From the IMG/VR virus record IMGVR_UViG_3300045988_098382: a stretch of 64,000 nucleotides of DNA. One strand, 5' to 3'. Position numbers and translations under genes: made by a program. This document shows positions 29,109 through 39,113 of this stretch, one piece after another. The number at the start of each line of letters is the position of its first letter. Positions within the stretch are counted from its first letter, which is position 1. The DNA is from a virus. The notes below the pieces were generated by a model that was not told where the DNA came from, searched no databases, and saw only the letters and a list, made by a program, of their open reading frames with translations.

Positions 29109-31142
29109 TTAAATGTTTACTTTATAAATTTTACCTGAATCTACTCTAACCATAATAGAGTTACGAGAAGTAGCTATAAATCCTAAACCACTCATCTGAT
29201 TATCATCATAAGGAGTTAAAGCTTTAGATGCTAATACTTCAAACACTCTCTTATGATTCTTAGTGAGTTCGTCTTTAAGATACTCATTAAAATATCCACG
29301 AACAGCATCTGGATTCTTACAATCCTTCAACATAAAGAAATAGTGCTTAGCACCTACTTTATTATTCCCCCAGTAATTTGGAGATAAGCATATAGCAGAT
29401 ACTTCAATGAAGTTCTGAGTCTTTACTCCCCAAATTTCTTTAGATGCTGTAGTACTACTCAAATGCTCCTTAGTAAAGACAACTTCACGTCCATTAGAAG
29501 TAAAATCTAATACTGAAACATCGCTTTTATCAGGAATGTCTTTGTTATATACATAAGTATGAACAACTCCATTGAGTTCTACTTCTACTTCAAATCCTAA
29601 ATCAATATTTTCAACTTTAGCAAAGTTGTTAACAAATACTTTATAAGTACCTGCTTTAGGAATTCCTGAGAAAATGATATTTTCTACAGCATCACGAGAA
29701 AACTTCTTAGGGAACTCACGTTCTGCAGAGACACTGCCTCCACAGGCATTCATATCTACATCAAGTAAGTTATGTTTGTTATTGTAGCAGACATGTCCAT
29801 AAGGACTTATCATATGTAAATCCAAATCATCGTAATTATACCAATGAAGAGAGATTCTCATATAGCCATCTACCTTACCTCCTACTTCTTTAACACGTTG
29901 TTTAATAGCATCAGAGATATTACCGTTATATGCCCAAGCAAAACCATTAGTCCATTTAAACATAGAAGGAGCTTCTTTATTAACTGGGGCAGTAAGAGTT
30001 ACTAAATTATTATTTAACTTGTTGTCAAAGAATAATTCAAGCTTACTAGCCTTAGAAACAATATTATTAAGAAACTCTTCCATAGTTGTTGGGATGGCAG
30101 TCTTCTCAAAATCTGTAGCAGCTTTGCTAGTATTAGAAGTTTCATTCATAAGAGAATCAAATCCTCCTAACATTCTCTTACGAGTTTCTCTATTTACAAA
30201 GATAACATCTTCAATAGATATATCTTCTACTTTAGCATGACGTCTTTCTAAAGAATCTTCATATCCTAATTCTACTACAGTTTTATAAGCATTTTCTACC
30301 TGGGTTTTGGTAATAATACCTTTAGGTCTCTTATAATTATAAGGAGCAACCATAGATTCAAACTTCTTAACTGAACTTTCAACATTGTTAGTATCAGTTA
30401 TGTCTTTAAGAAGCTGACCTATAGCACTATTAAGTATATGTGTTACAGGCTCTGGAAGTATACAAGAAGATATCCAAGCATAATTATCTAATTCAGAACC
30501 TTCCAAGTGCTTACTCTCTATTGTATCAAGAGCAGTCTTTAAAGCACTTACTTGGCGTAGATAAGTGTCACCTCTATAGAGGTTATCATCTGCAATTAAG
30601 TCTAATACTGTCTGTACAGAACTATAATTAATTTCAGATAAAGTTCTTACCCATACATCGTGTGAAGATTTAGCACCTGCACGAAATGTTGGAGTTTGAG
30701 ACTTATCCATAATTAAATTACGTGTAGGAGTAGCATAAAAATGGTTCCAAGTAATTATTTCTTTAGAAGGTAGTATCTGCTGATTACATTTACAACCCAT
30801 TGTAGTCTCTTCTGTAACAAATGCATTTCTAATTTTAGTATTTTTAAGCACTTGTAACATATTGTCTACAACTTTAGCAAACATTCCTTCAGCGTGAACA
30901 TCCTCCCAGTAAGAATGTATTTTATAGTTCTCATCTACAGAAACTAATGCTCCATAGCGAGTAATGAAATGTTTACAATTTACACAGTTAAATTCTTGAC
31001 GTACGGCTCCTTCAGGGAAAGATTCCATATAAGCCATCCATAAAAATTCTTTTTGAGTGTCAAGAATAAAGAGATGTTTGTTCTCTTTAATCATCTTATT
31101 ACATGCTTCTGTAACAAGATTTCTAAAATCTAAGTATTCCAT
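29109..31142 (-). CDS. Large hypothetical protein (677 aa), first gene of a flotillin/AAA+ neighbourhood
   Basis: Long uninterrupted ORF with several Cys pairs (FNCVNCKHF, GCKCNQ). No family recognised by eye. Confidence 0.55.
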   Translation of the reverse strand: MEYLDFRNLVTEACNKMIKENKHLFILDTQKEFLWMAYMESFPEGAVRQEFNCVNCKHFITRYGALVSVDENYKIHSYWEDVHAEGMFAKVVDNMLQVLKNTKIRNAFVTEETTMGCKCNQQILPSKEIITWNHFYATPTRNLIMDKSQTPTFRAGAKSSHDVWVRTLSEINYSSVQTVLDLIADDNLYRGDTYLRQVSALKTALDTIESKHLEGSELDNYAWISSCILPEPVTHILNSAIGQLLKDITDTNNVESSVKKFESMVAPYNYKRPKGIITKTQVENAYKTVVELGYEDSLERRHAKVEDISIEDVIFVNRETRKRMLGGFDSLMNETSNTSKAATDFEKTAIPTTMEEFLNNIVSKASKLELFFDNKLNNNLVTLTAPVNKEAPSMFKWTNGFAWAYNGNISDAIKQRVKEVGGKVDGYMRISLHWYNYDDLDLHMISPYGHVCYNNKHNLLDVDMNACGGSVSAEREFPKKFSRDAVENIIFSGIPKAGTYKVFVNNFAKVENIDLGFEVEVELNGVVHTYVYNKDIPDKSDVSVLDFTSNGREVVFTKEHLSSTTASKEIWGVKTQNFIEVSAICLSPNYWGNNKVGAKHYFFMLKDCKNPDAVRGYFNEYLKDELTKNHKRVFEVLASKALTPYDDNQMSGLGFIATSRNSIMVRVDSGKIYKVNI

Positions 31143-31159
31143 AAAATTTTTAAAAGTTA

Positions 31160-31200
31160 GAAAAAGAGGGAGAGATTATTCCCTCCCTCTGTGATACTTA
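31160..31200 (-). terminator. Rho-independent terminator downstream of the flotillin gene
   Basis: AGAGGGA-(loop)-UCCCUCU hairpin followed by UUUUUCU on the minus strand. Confidence 0.5.
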
Positions 31201-31204
31201 ATGT

Positions 31205-32758
31205 TTACACATTTACGTTGGTGTTCTCTACGTCGCCATTAACGTTAACATTCTTGTTAACCTTAGCTTCAATAGTGTTAGCCTTCATAATTTCTGCCAT
31301 ATCTACACCTGTGGCATCTTTTACCATGTCACGAGTTTGTTTGATAACAGCAGGTACATTACCTGAAATACCAGAAGCCTCAGTACCATTGGTACCATAA
31401 ACTGTCATACTACCAATCTTACTCATAGGCTCTGCAATATGCTTAGCCATATCAGGAAGAACATCCTTATAAAGATCTGAGATAGTATCAATTATAGCCG
31501 CTGGACCATACTTACTGTAAGCCTCAGCCTTCTTCTGCATAGCTTCAGCCTCTGCAAGACCTTTAGCCTTAACACCTTCAGCTTCTGCTAAAAGCTTAGC
31601 TTTAATACCTGCAGCCTCAGCAGTCATAGTCTGTTGAGTAGCATATGCTTCAGCTTCACCCTTAGCACGAATACCTGCTGCTTCCTGCTCCTGAGAATAA
31701 CGATTAGCTTCAGCTTTAGCTTTTACAGCCTTAGCAGTCTGCTCTGCCTTATAAGCCTCAGCCTCAGCCTCACGCTTCTGCTTCTCCAAAGCTGCCTGAG
31801 CATCAATCTCTGTCTGATACTTATCAGCATCAGCCTTAGCATTTACATCTGCAAGATACTCATTCTGCTTAATCTTAATCTTCTCCTCAGACAAAGTCTG
31901 CTCTTTACGAGTCTTCTCAATATCAGCATCTACAGTCTTGATATTAATAGTCTTCTGTTGCTCCTGCTGCTGAATTTTATATGCAGCATCAGATTCAGCC
32001 TTCTTAATATCAGACAATCTCTTCAGTTCAGCTCTCTTAATAGCTAACTCATTATTACGTTCAGCAATAATGGTATCAGCTTTTACTCGTGCTTCATTAG
32101 CCTCATTGTCAGCTTCAGCCTGAGCCTTAGCTACATCTCTATCAGCATTAGCACGGGTAATTTTAGCATTCTTCTGAATAGCTGCTGTATTATCAGCACC
32201 CAAATCACGGATCAAGCCCTTCTCATCAGTAATATTCTGAATATTGCAAGACAAAATCTCAAGACCTAACTTAGCCATATCAGGAGCTGCCTTCTTCTGA
32301 ATTTCATCAGAGAATGCATCTCTATCAGTGTTAATTTTAATCAAGTCAAGAGAGCCTACTACTTCACGCATATTACCTTCTAAAGAATCTTTCACCTGAG
32401 CAGCAATCTGAACAGAATTCATATTCAAGAAGTTCTTAGCTGCAAGTCTAGTGCCTTCTGTATCAGGTTTTACCCTAACTTTACATACGGCATCTACCAT
32501 TACATCCAAGAAATCATGAGTAGGAACTGGCTGTGAAGTCTTAACATCAACTGTTACTTGACCAAGATATACTTTATCCAATCGTTCAAGTACAGGAATT
32601 TTTACTCCACCATTACCGATAAGTACTCGTGGCTCCTTACGAAAACCTGAAAGAATGTATGCCATCGAAGGAGGAGCTTTAACATACATTGTAGCAATAA
32701 TAACAAGCAGTACAATAATAGCGACTGCGACAACACCAATAAGAACTAAATGTTCCAT
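31205..32758 (-). CDS. Flotillin-like SPFH (band-7) domain protein
   Basis: N-terminal TM (LVLIGVVAVAIIVLLVIIA). SPFH core. Long Ala/Glu/Lys coiled coil (AEAEAYKAEQTAKAVKAKAEA...) typical of flotillin/YqiK. Confidence 0.8.
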   Translation of the reverse strand: MEHLVLIGVVAVAIIVLLVIIATMYVKAPPSMAYILSGFRKEPRVLIGNGGVKIPVLERLDKVYLGQVTVDVKTSQPVPTHDFLDVMVDAVCKVRVKPDTEGTRLAAKNFLNMNSVQIAAQVKDSLEGNMREVVGSLDLIKINTDRDAFSDEIQKKAAPDMAKLGLEILSCNIQNITDEKGLIRDLGADNTAAIQKNAKITRANADRDVAKAQAEADNEANEARVKADTIIAERNNELAIKRAELKRLSDIKKAESDAAYKIQQQEQQKTINIKTVDADIEKTRKEQTLSEEKIKIKQNEYLADVNAKADADKYQTEIDAQAALEKQKREAEAEAYKAEQTAKAVKAKAEANRYSQEQEAAGIRAKGEAEAYATQQTMTAEAAGIKAKLLAEAEGVKAKGLAEAEAMQKKAEAYSKYGPAAIIDTISDLYKDVLPDMAKHIAEPMSKIGSMTVYGTNGTEASGISGNVPAVIKQTRDMVKDATGVDMAEIMKANTIEAKVNKNVNVNGDVENTNVNV

Positions 32759-32837
32759 AAATTTGTAAATGTTTAAATAATAAAAATTAAATATCTAAGA
32801 ACTAACTGATGTTAATTCCAAGGGGGCATTTATTTTT

Positions 32838-33992
32838 TTATAATTTATAATTTACAAGACCTGTAGCTTTACTTGTAGAATAGCAACTATTAATTAAATA
32901 TATTCTAATATATCCATAATCAGTCATAGTTACTACATACTTTTCTGCAACATTTACCATTAATATACGATCATCTACAAAATAGTCTCCAGTCTCTAGA
33001 TACTTCAATTCTTTATCTTCAGTAGTAGAACCATAATCCTCATTGAACTTAGAAGCCCATTCGTTATAGAATTCTTTCTCTTCATTGGAACGATTTTCCC
33101 AATCTTTCTTTTTAAGTTCTTTATACTTATTATAAATTTTCAATAAATTATTTAGATTTTCAGGAGTAAATTTCAAGTCACAATGTCTAACTTGTACTTC
33201 TCTATATAAATAAGTAAATCTAGAGAACTCAATATTAAAGGTTTCTTTAATATCAGGAAGAGATTCTACTCCATGAATATTAATTTCAGTTGCTATAGCC
33301 TTAATTAAGTCTATAGTAATAATATTCATAGAATGAGTTAACTCTATAATCTTTTCTATAGCAGTTTTATCTTCTAAGATATCGTTAAGAATTTCTCTAG
33401 TAACCTCCTCTGAAAGATTATTGAAAGACTTTTTATATCTTATTCTAGAAGGTCTACCAAGAAGATTTGGATCTACATTTAACTCATTAGTAGTAAGTAA
33501 AAATACCTTACGATAAATAGAGTTATAAGTACCATCCATGAAAGAAAGAACATCTGAAGAATTTTTAAATTCTTTCTCATACTCATCAAAGAAGAAGATA
33601 CAGTCAAAATCAATGGATGTAGATAAATATTTTATTAATTTACTATTAGTATCACCACCCATTGATTGTACTAAGATTACAGGAAGCTGTAAACGATTAC
33701 AAAGTTCCTTTGCGGTAACTGTTTTACCAGTTCCTTTGATTCCATCTAGCAGAACACCTAAATTTCCTGTAGTGTTCTCATATGTCTTTAAGACATAATC
33801 AATAAATTTTTGGTTTAGACCATACAGTTTGTAATCAAACGTAAAAGACTCAGCGATTTTACTTAAATAAAATCCAGTCATTGAGAGTTTTACTTCATAA
33901 ATACCTTTCGGTAATCCTTCAGGATGAGATACTGTTGTAGCACTACCCTGACTAAAAATGTTACCATCTTGTAACCAAATTTGTTTACTCAT
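32838..33992 (-). CDS. AAA+ ATPase
   Basis: Walker A GVLLDGIKGTGKT and Walker B IFFFDEYEK. Classic-clade AAA spacing. Confidence 0.7.
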   Translation of the reverse strand: MSKQIWLQDGNIFSQGSATTVSHPEGLPKGIYEVKLSMTGFYLSKIAESFTFDYKLYGLNQKFIDYVLKTYENTTGNLGVLLDGIKGTGKTVTAKELCNRLQLPVILVQSMGGDTNSKLIKYLSTSIDFDCIFFFDEYEKEFKNSSDVLSFMDGTYNSIYRKVFLLTTNELNVDPNLLGRPSRIRYKKSFNNLSEEVTREILNDILEDKTAIEKIIELTHSMNIITIDLIKAIATEINIHGVESLPDIKETFNIEFSRFTYLYREVQVRHCDLKFTPENLNNLLKIYNKYKELKKKDWENRSNEEKEFYNEWASKFNEDYGSTTEDKELKYLETGDYFVDDRILMVNVAEKYVVTMTDYGYIRIYLINSCYSTSKATGLVNYKL

Positions 33993-34097
33993 TTTGATAA
34001 ATGTTTAATAATTACTTTAATAAATTTATAAGAATGTCTATGTTGTGTAACATATCATCAATTATTTTAATAGAGTTATTAATGTATTCTTCCATAT

Positions 34098-34955
34098 TTA
34101 TTTTATAGCTCTTAACTTTTTATATTCTTCAAATACTTTATCTTCAGCTTCTTTCCCCCACATAGTATATATCAATACTCCAAAAGGGCAATATTGAAAT
34201 ATTATTGGATCTACAGGGTGAGAAATTATAACTACTTTCTCTTGTAGATTTGATTTTGGACAAGCTATGAACATTTCATCTCTACGTATATAATGCACTT
34301 CTAAACCTACTGCTTCAGCCCATTTCTCATTTTCAAATCCTTCAATATAGTTCATACTATATACAGTACCATGACCTGGAACAATATTAAAGTTATAATT
34401 CAGGCATTCACGAATATCAGAATCACTCTTATCACTGGTATTATATATTTTTCTAATTTTCACCATATTTTTGTTTGTATCTAATTTCACATAACCAGAG
34501 TAATGATCCATCTTATATTTTATATTAGATAATTCTTTTAAATTACCGTTAGGTATAACTCCAGTAAATTGTTCAAGACGTCCAATAGACAATCTATATT
34601 TACGACATAATTTATAAAAAGAAGTTCTACTAACTAATATAACAGAATCTCCTAAAAACTCATTCACAGTTTTTATATAATTTAACAACTCACGAGCTTT
34701 TATAATATTTCTATTATATGCATCAATATCACGCATTCTGTCTTTTAAGAATTTAGCATTTGCACTATTGCCTAATCCTAACCCACATAATCTAGCATAT
34801 TCTCCAGACAAATCATTAGATTTTAAAGGAGTTAATGCCGCACTTTCTGAAACCCCTACTAAATCTATCGCTAACTTAGATAATTCTTTATCTATAGTTA
34901 TTAAAGGCTTCTGTTCTTTTTTGTTTTCTTTTAAAAAATTACTAAAAATTCCCAT
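34098..34955 (-). CDS. Hypothetical protein
   Basis: 285-aa ORF. Confidence 0.45.
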   Translation of the reverse strand: MGIFSNFLKENKKEQKPLITIDKELSKLAIDLVGVSESAALTPLKSNDLSGEYARLCGLGLGNSANAKFLKDRMRDIDAYNRNIIKARELLNYIKTVNEFLGDSVILVSRTSFYKLCRKYRLSIGRLEQFTGVIPNGNLKELSNIKYKMDHYSGYVKLDTNKNMVKIRKIYNTSDKSDSDIRECLNYNFNIVPGHGTVYSMNYIEGFENEKWAEAVGLEVHYIRRDEMFIACPKSNLQEKVVIISHPVDPIIFQYCPFGVLIYTMWGKEAEDKVFEEYKKLRAIK

Positions 34956-35048
34956 AATTAACAGTTAAAATTAAACAAAAATCCCTGAACTATAATAATA
35001 GCCCAGGGATTAAAAACAAATAATAATAAAAACAGTTCTATGAACTAG

Positions 35049-35377
35049 TGGAGCATTGGAGAGTCGAACTCCAGTCTTGCATATTTGCATCAAAGCATTC
35101 TTACAGCATAGGTTTTAAAGACTATCCTTGTCTTTTAGGGTTGACAGGATTAATATACTGTCAACTTCCACCACTCTGTTCCTAAAGTATACAGAGAACT
35201 TATAGAATTGTCAATGGCGCACCTTTCTGTTCCTAAGCAAGTGCTGCTCGGCTTATTAGGCAGCAGCCTGATAAGCAGGAGTCATATTAATAACTCTAGC
35301 ATTTATTGTTTTGTTGTCTTTCCAACTGTCTTTGCTGTGCTTCTTATCTCCTATACAATCAAAACCACGAATGCCCC
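35049..35377 (-). ncRNA. ssrA: tmRNA (ssrA), phage-encoded
   Basis: 5' GGGGCAU pairs with 3' AUGCUCC, including a G3-U70 wobble (the alanine identity element). 3' T-arm UGGAG-UUCGACU-CUCCA then discriminator A. Internal tag frame ...NMTPAYQAAA followed by UAAUAA double stop, then GCC... as in bacterial tmRNAs. About 329 nt, no protein ORF. Confidence 0.7.
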
Positions 35378-35491
35378 AATTTAAAAAGAGTCCTAAGTTA
35401 GAACTCTTTTATGAATTATACTAATGCAGATAATTGTAATTATCTGGATCTATTCTATTTTCATTACTCATAATTTAAAACTTAATTAATG

Positions 35492-35821
35492 TTAAAAACT
35501 AAATTGAATATTTCTATTGACATCTAATAATCCTCCATTCCAATTAGATTGAAGATCCATACTAAACCATCCCCCATTTACTGTTCTAGCAAACCAAACA
35601 AGATGATTATCATATCTAGGAATATAACAACCTATGAAATAATCAGTATCCCCATTCCATATCCAATCATAATCAAGAGCACTATTAATTAAATGTATCT
35701 TTAGATGTATATTAGCTTTATTAAAAGGAATTACTTTCTTTACATAAGCTTTATATAATCTACTTGGTGAACATTTACCGTCATCAAAGAAATTATAAAT
35801 CTGTTTCTTTTTCGGAATCAT
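35492..35821 (-). CDS. Hypothetical protein
   Basis: 109-aa ORF. Confidence 0.4.
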   Translation of the reverse strand: MIPKKKQIYNFFDDGKCSPSRLYKAYVKKVIPFNKANIHLKIHLINSALDYDWIWNGDTDYFIGCYIPRYDNHLVWFARTVNGGWFSMDLQSNWNGGLLDVNRNIQFSF

Positions 35822-35980
35822 CTTCCAAATAATATAATTCTGTTTAATATACGAAAAGCCCTTTTAACTGCAGGTATTTTGGAATCATCTGGATGTAAAT
35901 GATAATCCCGGATAACTGCATTAGCTTCATGTAGTTTCTTGATTTCTCTTAAACTATACCTATACATAAATATGACTTTA

Positions 35981-36589
35981 TTATTCTTTATTAATCATAC
36001 ATTGTCTTAATATAGCTTCATTAACTACATTATCATTTGCTCTTGCGAGTTTATCTAACAATTCCAAATTAAATTCTTCCTTTTGGAACTTGAATTGAAT
36101 CCAATCAGGTTCAAATTCTCTGTAATCTAGATGAGACAGAGGTTTATCTGTATTTAATACATCTTTAACTAGTTTAGTTAAACGTTCTCCAGCTAATTTA
36201 GATACTACAAAACCAGATAAATCATAACCTACACCTCTACTTCTCCAATATTCACCTATTTCAGGTTTAGAATCTGGAGCAACATAAAACATTTTATAAT
36301 AGTCTGAAGAACCTAAAGTTACATAAATACCTAACTGACTACTACTACATATAGATAATCCTACATAAGAATACAAGTTATTATTATGATCTAGTGTGAG
36401 GAATACTGGGACTTTATCAGGATCTAAATTATTAATTTCACAATTACGTAGTGCAGTGTGAGCATATTCAAGTAATTTAGATACTGATATAGTACTTAAC
36501 TTAGTATCTTCTTCATCTTTGTTCTCTTTAATGGCAGCATCAGAACATCTAGTGTGCCAATTTTTCCATTTATCTCCTTCTAAATACAT
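35981..36589 (-). CDS. Hypothetical protein
   Basis: 202-aa ORF. Confidence 0.45.
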   Translation of the reverse strand: MYLEGDKWKNWHTRCSDAAIKENKDEEDTKLSTISVSKLLEYAHTALRNCEINNLDPDKVPVFLTLDHNNNLYSYVGLSICSSSQLGIYVTLGSSDYYKMFYVAPDSKPEIGEYWRSRGVGYDLSGFVVSKLAGERLTKLVKDVLNTDKPLSHLDYREFEPDWIQFKFQKEEFNLELLDKLARANDNVVNEAILRQCMINKE

Positions 36590-36698
36590 ATTAATTAATT
36601 TATATAATACAATAAAAAAGTCATAGAAATAATTAATATTCCTATTATAATAAAGAATAGAATTACAAATTAAATATCTGCATCCATATTATAGATAC

Positions 36699-36905
36699 TT
36701 AATCATCATTAGGCAAACTATCCAAATACTGAGGAATAGTTACTTCAGTATTATTCTTTTCTCTTTCAAGTTGCTGAATAGCATTTGCCTGTCTATCTAC
36801 AGTTGTTTGTAACTCTTCAATTTGATTCGAAAGTTTATTACTACCAATAACCATACTAATACTAAATACTAGTAATGCGAATGTTGCTAATTGCCATTTA
36901 TTCAT
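36699..36905 (-). CDS. Small N-terminal-TM protein with coiled coil
   Basis: 68 aa; ATFALLVFSISMVIG TM. Confidence 0.35.
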   Translation of the reverse strand: MNKWQLATFALLVFSISMVIGSNKLSNQIEELQTTVDRQANAIQQLEREKNNTEVTIPQYLDSLPNDD

Positions 36906-37161
36906 ATTTTTACCATATTATGTAAAGTCCAGGATCTTCATTACCTAAATAAGATGTTTTAAATCCTAAACTATAAAAATAATCAAAATAAGCCTTTTCA
37001 GGCTTCATTTCCTTATGTATCCCCCCAAATTGGCTGCATTTGTTTGGTATATCCTTCTTAATCTAACTAATAAACAACATTAGTTAGTCAATATTCTTTT
37101 ACCAGTCGGGTGCAACCCATGCGTCTAAGTATACTTAGAATACAAACCAACCCGATTTTCG

Positions 37162-37242
37162 TCGGAATAGTGGGACTCGAACCCACACGCATTGCTGCAT
37201 ATGCTCCTAGGGCATACGTGTCTGCCATTCCACCATACTCCG
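37162..37242 (-). tRNA. tRNA-Leu (UAG), class II
   Basis: Acceptor CGGAGUA/UAUUCCG (one G-U). Anticodon stem UAUGC/GCAUA, loop CCUAGGA. Long variable arm. T-arm GUGGG-UUCGAGU-CCCAC. Confidence 0.75.
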
Positions 37243-37357
37243 TGGTGCCTTTTCATTTGCTATTATAGTAGCTAACCCTAGAGAAAAGATGCATAAAAGA
37301 CTAAGTTTCTATAGATAAATATTTTTTATTACTAAGATAAAATTTAAACTTATCTTG

Positions 37358-37753
37358 TTATTCTTCTAATAATCCTAAATATTTAATATCAGTACTAACT
37401 ACTTCTTTGAGTTTATAGTTGACATAGATAGTAGCACCTGCTGGAATTTCAAATATTCCTATGTCATCATATTCATCCTTACTGTGTTTAGCCATCTCTT
37501 CAGTTAAGTATGAATGATAACCTTTATATATATAAAAATTATCGTAATCCCAAAGTGCTCTTATAGGTATAAGAGAGAAATATCTATCAAACCCAGGATT
37601 TATCTCTACTGTAGGTACAGTCCTGGATTTATAGTATATAAAATCTTGATACAAACTTATAAAATTATCTGAAGTCGTTGACGTACCTACTTTATAAACT
37701 CTTAAAGGCTTCTTCAATACAATTGGAATTGCCATATAATTTTTCCAGCACAT
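37358..37753 (-). CDS. Hypothetical protein, MCW-paralog family member 1
   Basis: Starts MCWKNY...VYKV. Shares N-terminal MCW..(Y/A)...VYK(V/I) and C-terminal IKY(L/T)G motifs with 38211..38651 and 38656..39111. Confidence 0.5.
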   Translation of the reverse strand: MCWKNYMAIPIVLKKPLRVYKVGTSTTSDNFISLYQDFIYYKSRTVPTVEINPGFDRYFSLIPIRALWDYDNFYIYKGYHSYLTEEMAKHSKDEYDDIGIFEIPAGATIYVNYKLKEVVSTDIKYLGLLEE

Positions 37754-37780
37754 AATTTAATTATTAAATTGTTTTATTTA

Positions 37781-37996
37781 CTATTTAAATAACTCTATAA
37801 TTGGATAATAAATAATTGTATTATACTCAGCTATATTTAGGGCCCAAACTGTAACCAAAATCGTAATAAAGACTCCTAATCCCACAACGAGATATCTTCC
37901 TTTATACATAATTCTAGTTTCTTTTAATAATATTACTCTAAATACTATATATAATACAATCGTAACTATCCCTAACAGTACTTTAAGTATACTCAT
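37781..37996 (-). CDS. Small two-TM membrane protein
   Basis: 71-aa hydrophobic ORF. Confidence 0.35.
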   Translation of the reverse strand: MSILKVLLGIVTIVLYIVFRVILLKETRIMYKGRYLVVGLGVFITILVTVWALNIAEYNTIIYYPIIELFK

Positions 37997-38214
37997 TTGT
38001 ATGTATTAGCGTCTAAATCAATAGCAGACATACCTGCTTCATACTCGCTATAGATAACTATCTTATGAGGTCTTTTCTTAGAATCATACATAATTTCTAG
38101 AGTTTTACGATAGTAAGCCTGGTCTTTACGACCCGTATAGGTATTAGGATAATTATAACTATTAACTAAAGTAACAATTAATAATAATCCTATAATTGAT
38201 AATACTTTTTTCAT
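37993..38214 (-). CDS. Small secreted protein
   Basis: Signal peptide MKKVLSIIGLLLIVTLVNS. Confidence 0.4.
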   Translation of the reverse strand: MKKVLSIIGLLLIVTLVNSYNYPNTYTGRKDQAYYRKTLEIMYDSKKRPHKIVIYSEYEAGMSAIDLDANTYK

Positions 38215-38651
38215 AATTTTATATATTTACCTGTATATTTAATACGACTAGATACTATTACCCCTAAAGGATTTACAAAATAAATAGAACCTTTTGGAAT
38301 AATAAATGTGGCTAAATAAATAGGATTATTTATACCAAGTAGCTCTTTATGAGTTCCTAAAACTATAGCTTTACATATAAATCCATGAAGATTTGGATCA
38401 CATAAAGAATCAAGAACAAAGTTTACAGATTCATAACTATAATAACCTTCTTTAATGGTTAAAAAACCACTATGAGGATTACTATGTAATACTAATTTTA
38501 ACTCAGATGGTTCTGTATCTTTATAATAAGTAAAACCTGTAAATTCTGAAACACAGAGTTTTTTACTAGCATTTTTAACTACCTTATACACATTAATATC
38601 TGCTTCAGCTTTATAAGCTTTTAAATTATTAGCATAACATGCCCAACACAT
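38211..38651 (-). CDS. Hypothetical protein, MCW-paralog family member 2
   Basis: MCWACY...VYKVV ... KYTGKYIKL. Paralog of neighbours. Confidence 0.5.
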   Translation of the reverse strand: MCWACYANNLKAYKAEADINVYKVVKNASKKLCVSEFTGFTYYKDTEPSELKLVLHSNPHSGFLTIKEGYYSYESVNFVLDSLCDPNLHGFICKAIVLGTHKELLGINNPIYLATFIIPKGSIYFVNPLGVIVSSRIKYTGKYIKL

Positions 38652-38655
38652 AGTC

Positions 38656-39111
38656 TTACAATTTTAAATGTTTACCAGTATACATTATTTGATTTGAAAC
38701 AATTTCGCCTTTCCAATTTACAGCATACTGAGAACCCTTAGGAATTACAAATGTAGCTACATAATAAGGATTATTAATCCTTATAGGCATCAACAAATTA
38801 CCTGCAATGATTCCCTTGTATTCAGGTGTTGAACATGGGTCATAAGGTTTCTTAAGTGTAAAACGTATCTTAGTATAACTATGATAAGCCTTTGTAATAT
38901 AAATTAAATCAGTAGTACAAAAAGCACTACCAAGACTTGATTCTTCAAGTTCTATAGCATCCATTGCATATCTTATATTAGTCTCATATATAAACCCTTG
39001 AATAAGGGATTTACATGACAGCTTATCAGCATCTGATACTATTTTATACACTTCAATATCTCTATCAGCAATTTGTAAATCAAAACTTCTTGTATTTTCA
39101 ATCCAACACAT
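38656..39111 (-). CDS. Hypothetical protein, MCW-paralog family member 3
   Basis: MCWIEN...VYKIV ... MYTGKHLKL. Paralog of neighbours. Confidence 0.5.
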   Translation of the reverse strand: MCWIENTRSFDLQIADRDIEVYKIVSDADKLSCKSLIQGFIYETNIRYAMDAIELEESSLGSAFCTTDLIYITKAYHSYTKIRFTLKKPYDPCSTPEYKGIIAGNLLMPIRINNPYYVATFVIPKGSQYAVNWKGEIVSNQIMYTGKHLKL

Positions 39112-39113
39112 AA

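Noticed and set aside
35047-35140. Initially read as an isolated tRNA 3' half (T-arm + acceptor) with no matching 5' half nearby
   Set aside because: The partner 5' acceptor strand lies about 320 nt away and pairs through G3-U70. Together with the AYQAAA-UAAUAA tag frame, the whole region is better explained as a tmRNA.
37162-37242. tRNA with anticodon-loop CCUAGGA considered as a possible CUA suppressor
   Set aside because: With a 5-bp stem the 7-nt loop places UAG at positions 34-36 (tRNA-Leu reading CUN). Reading CUA would require an abnormal loop register. The clean CUA tRNA at 53333..53404 makes this unnecessary.
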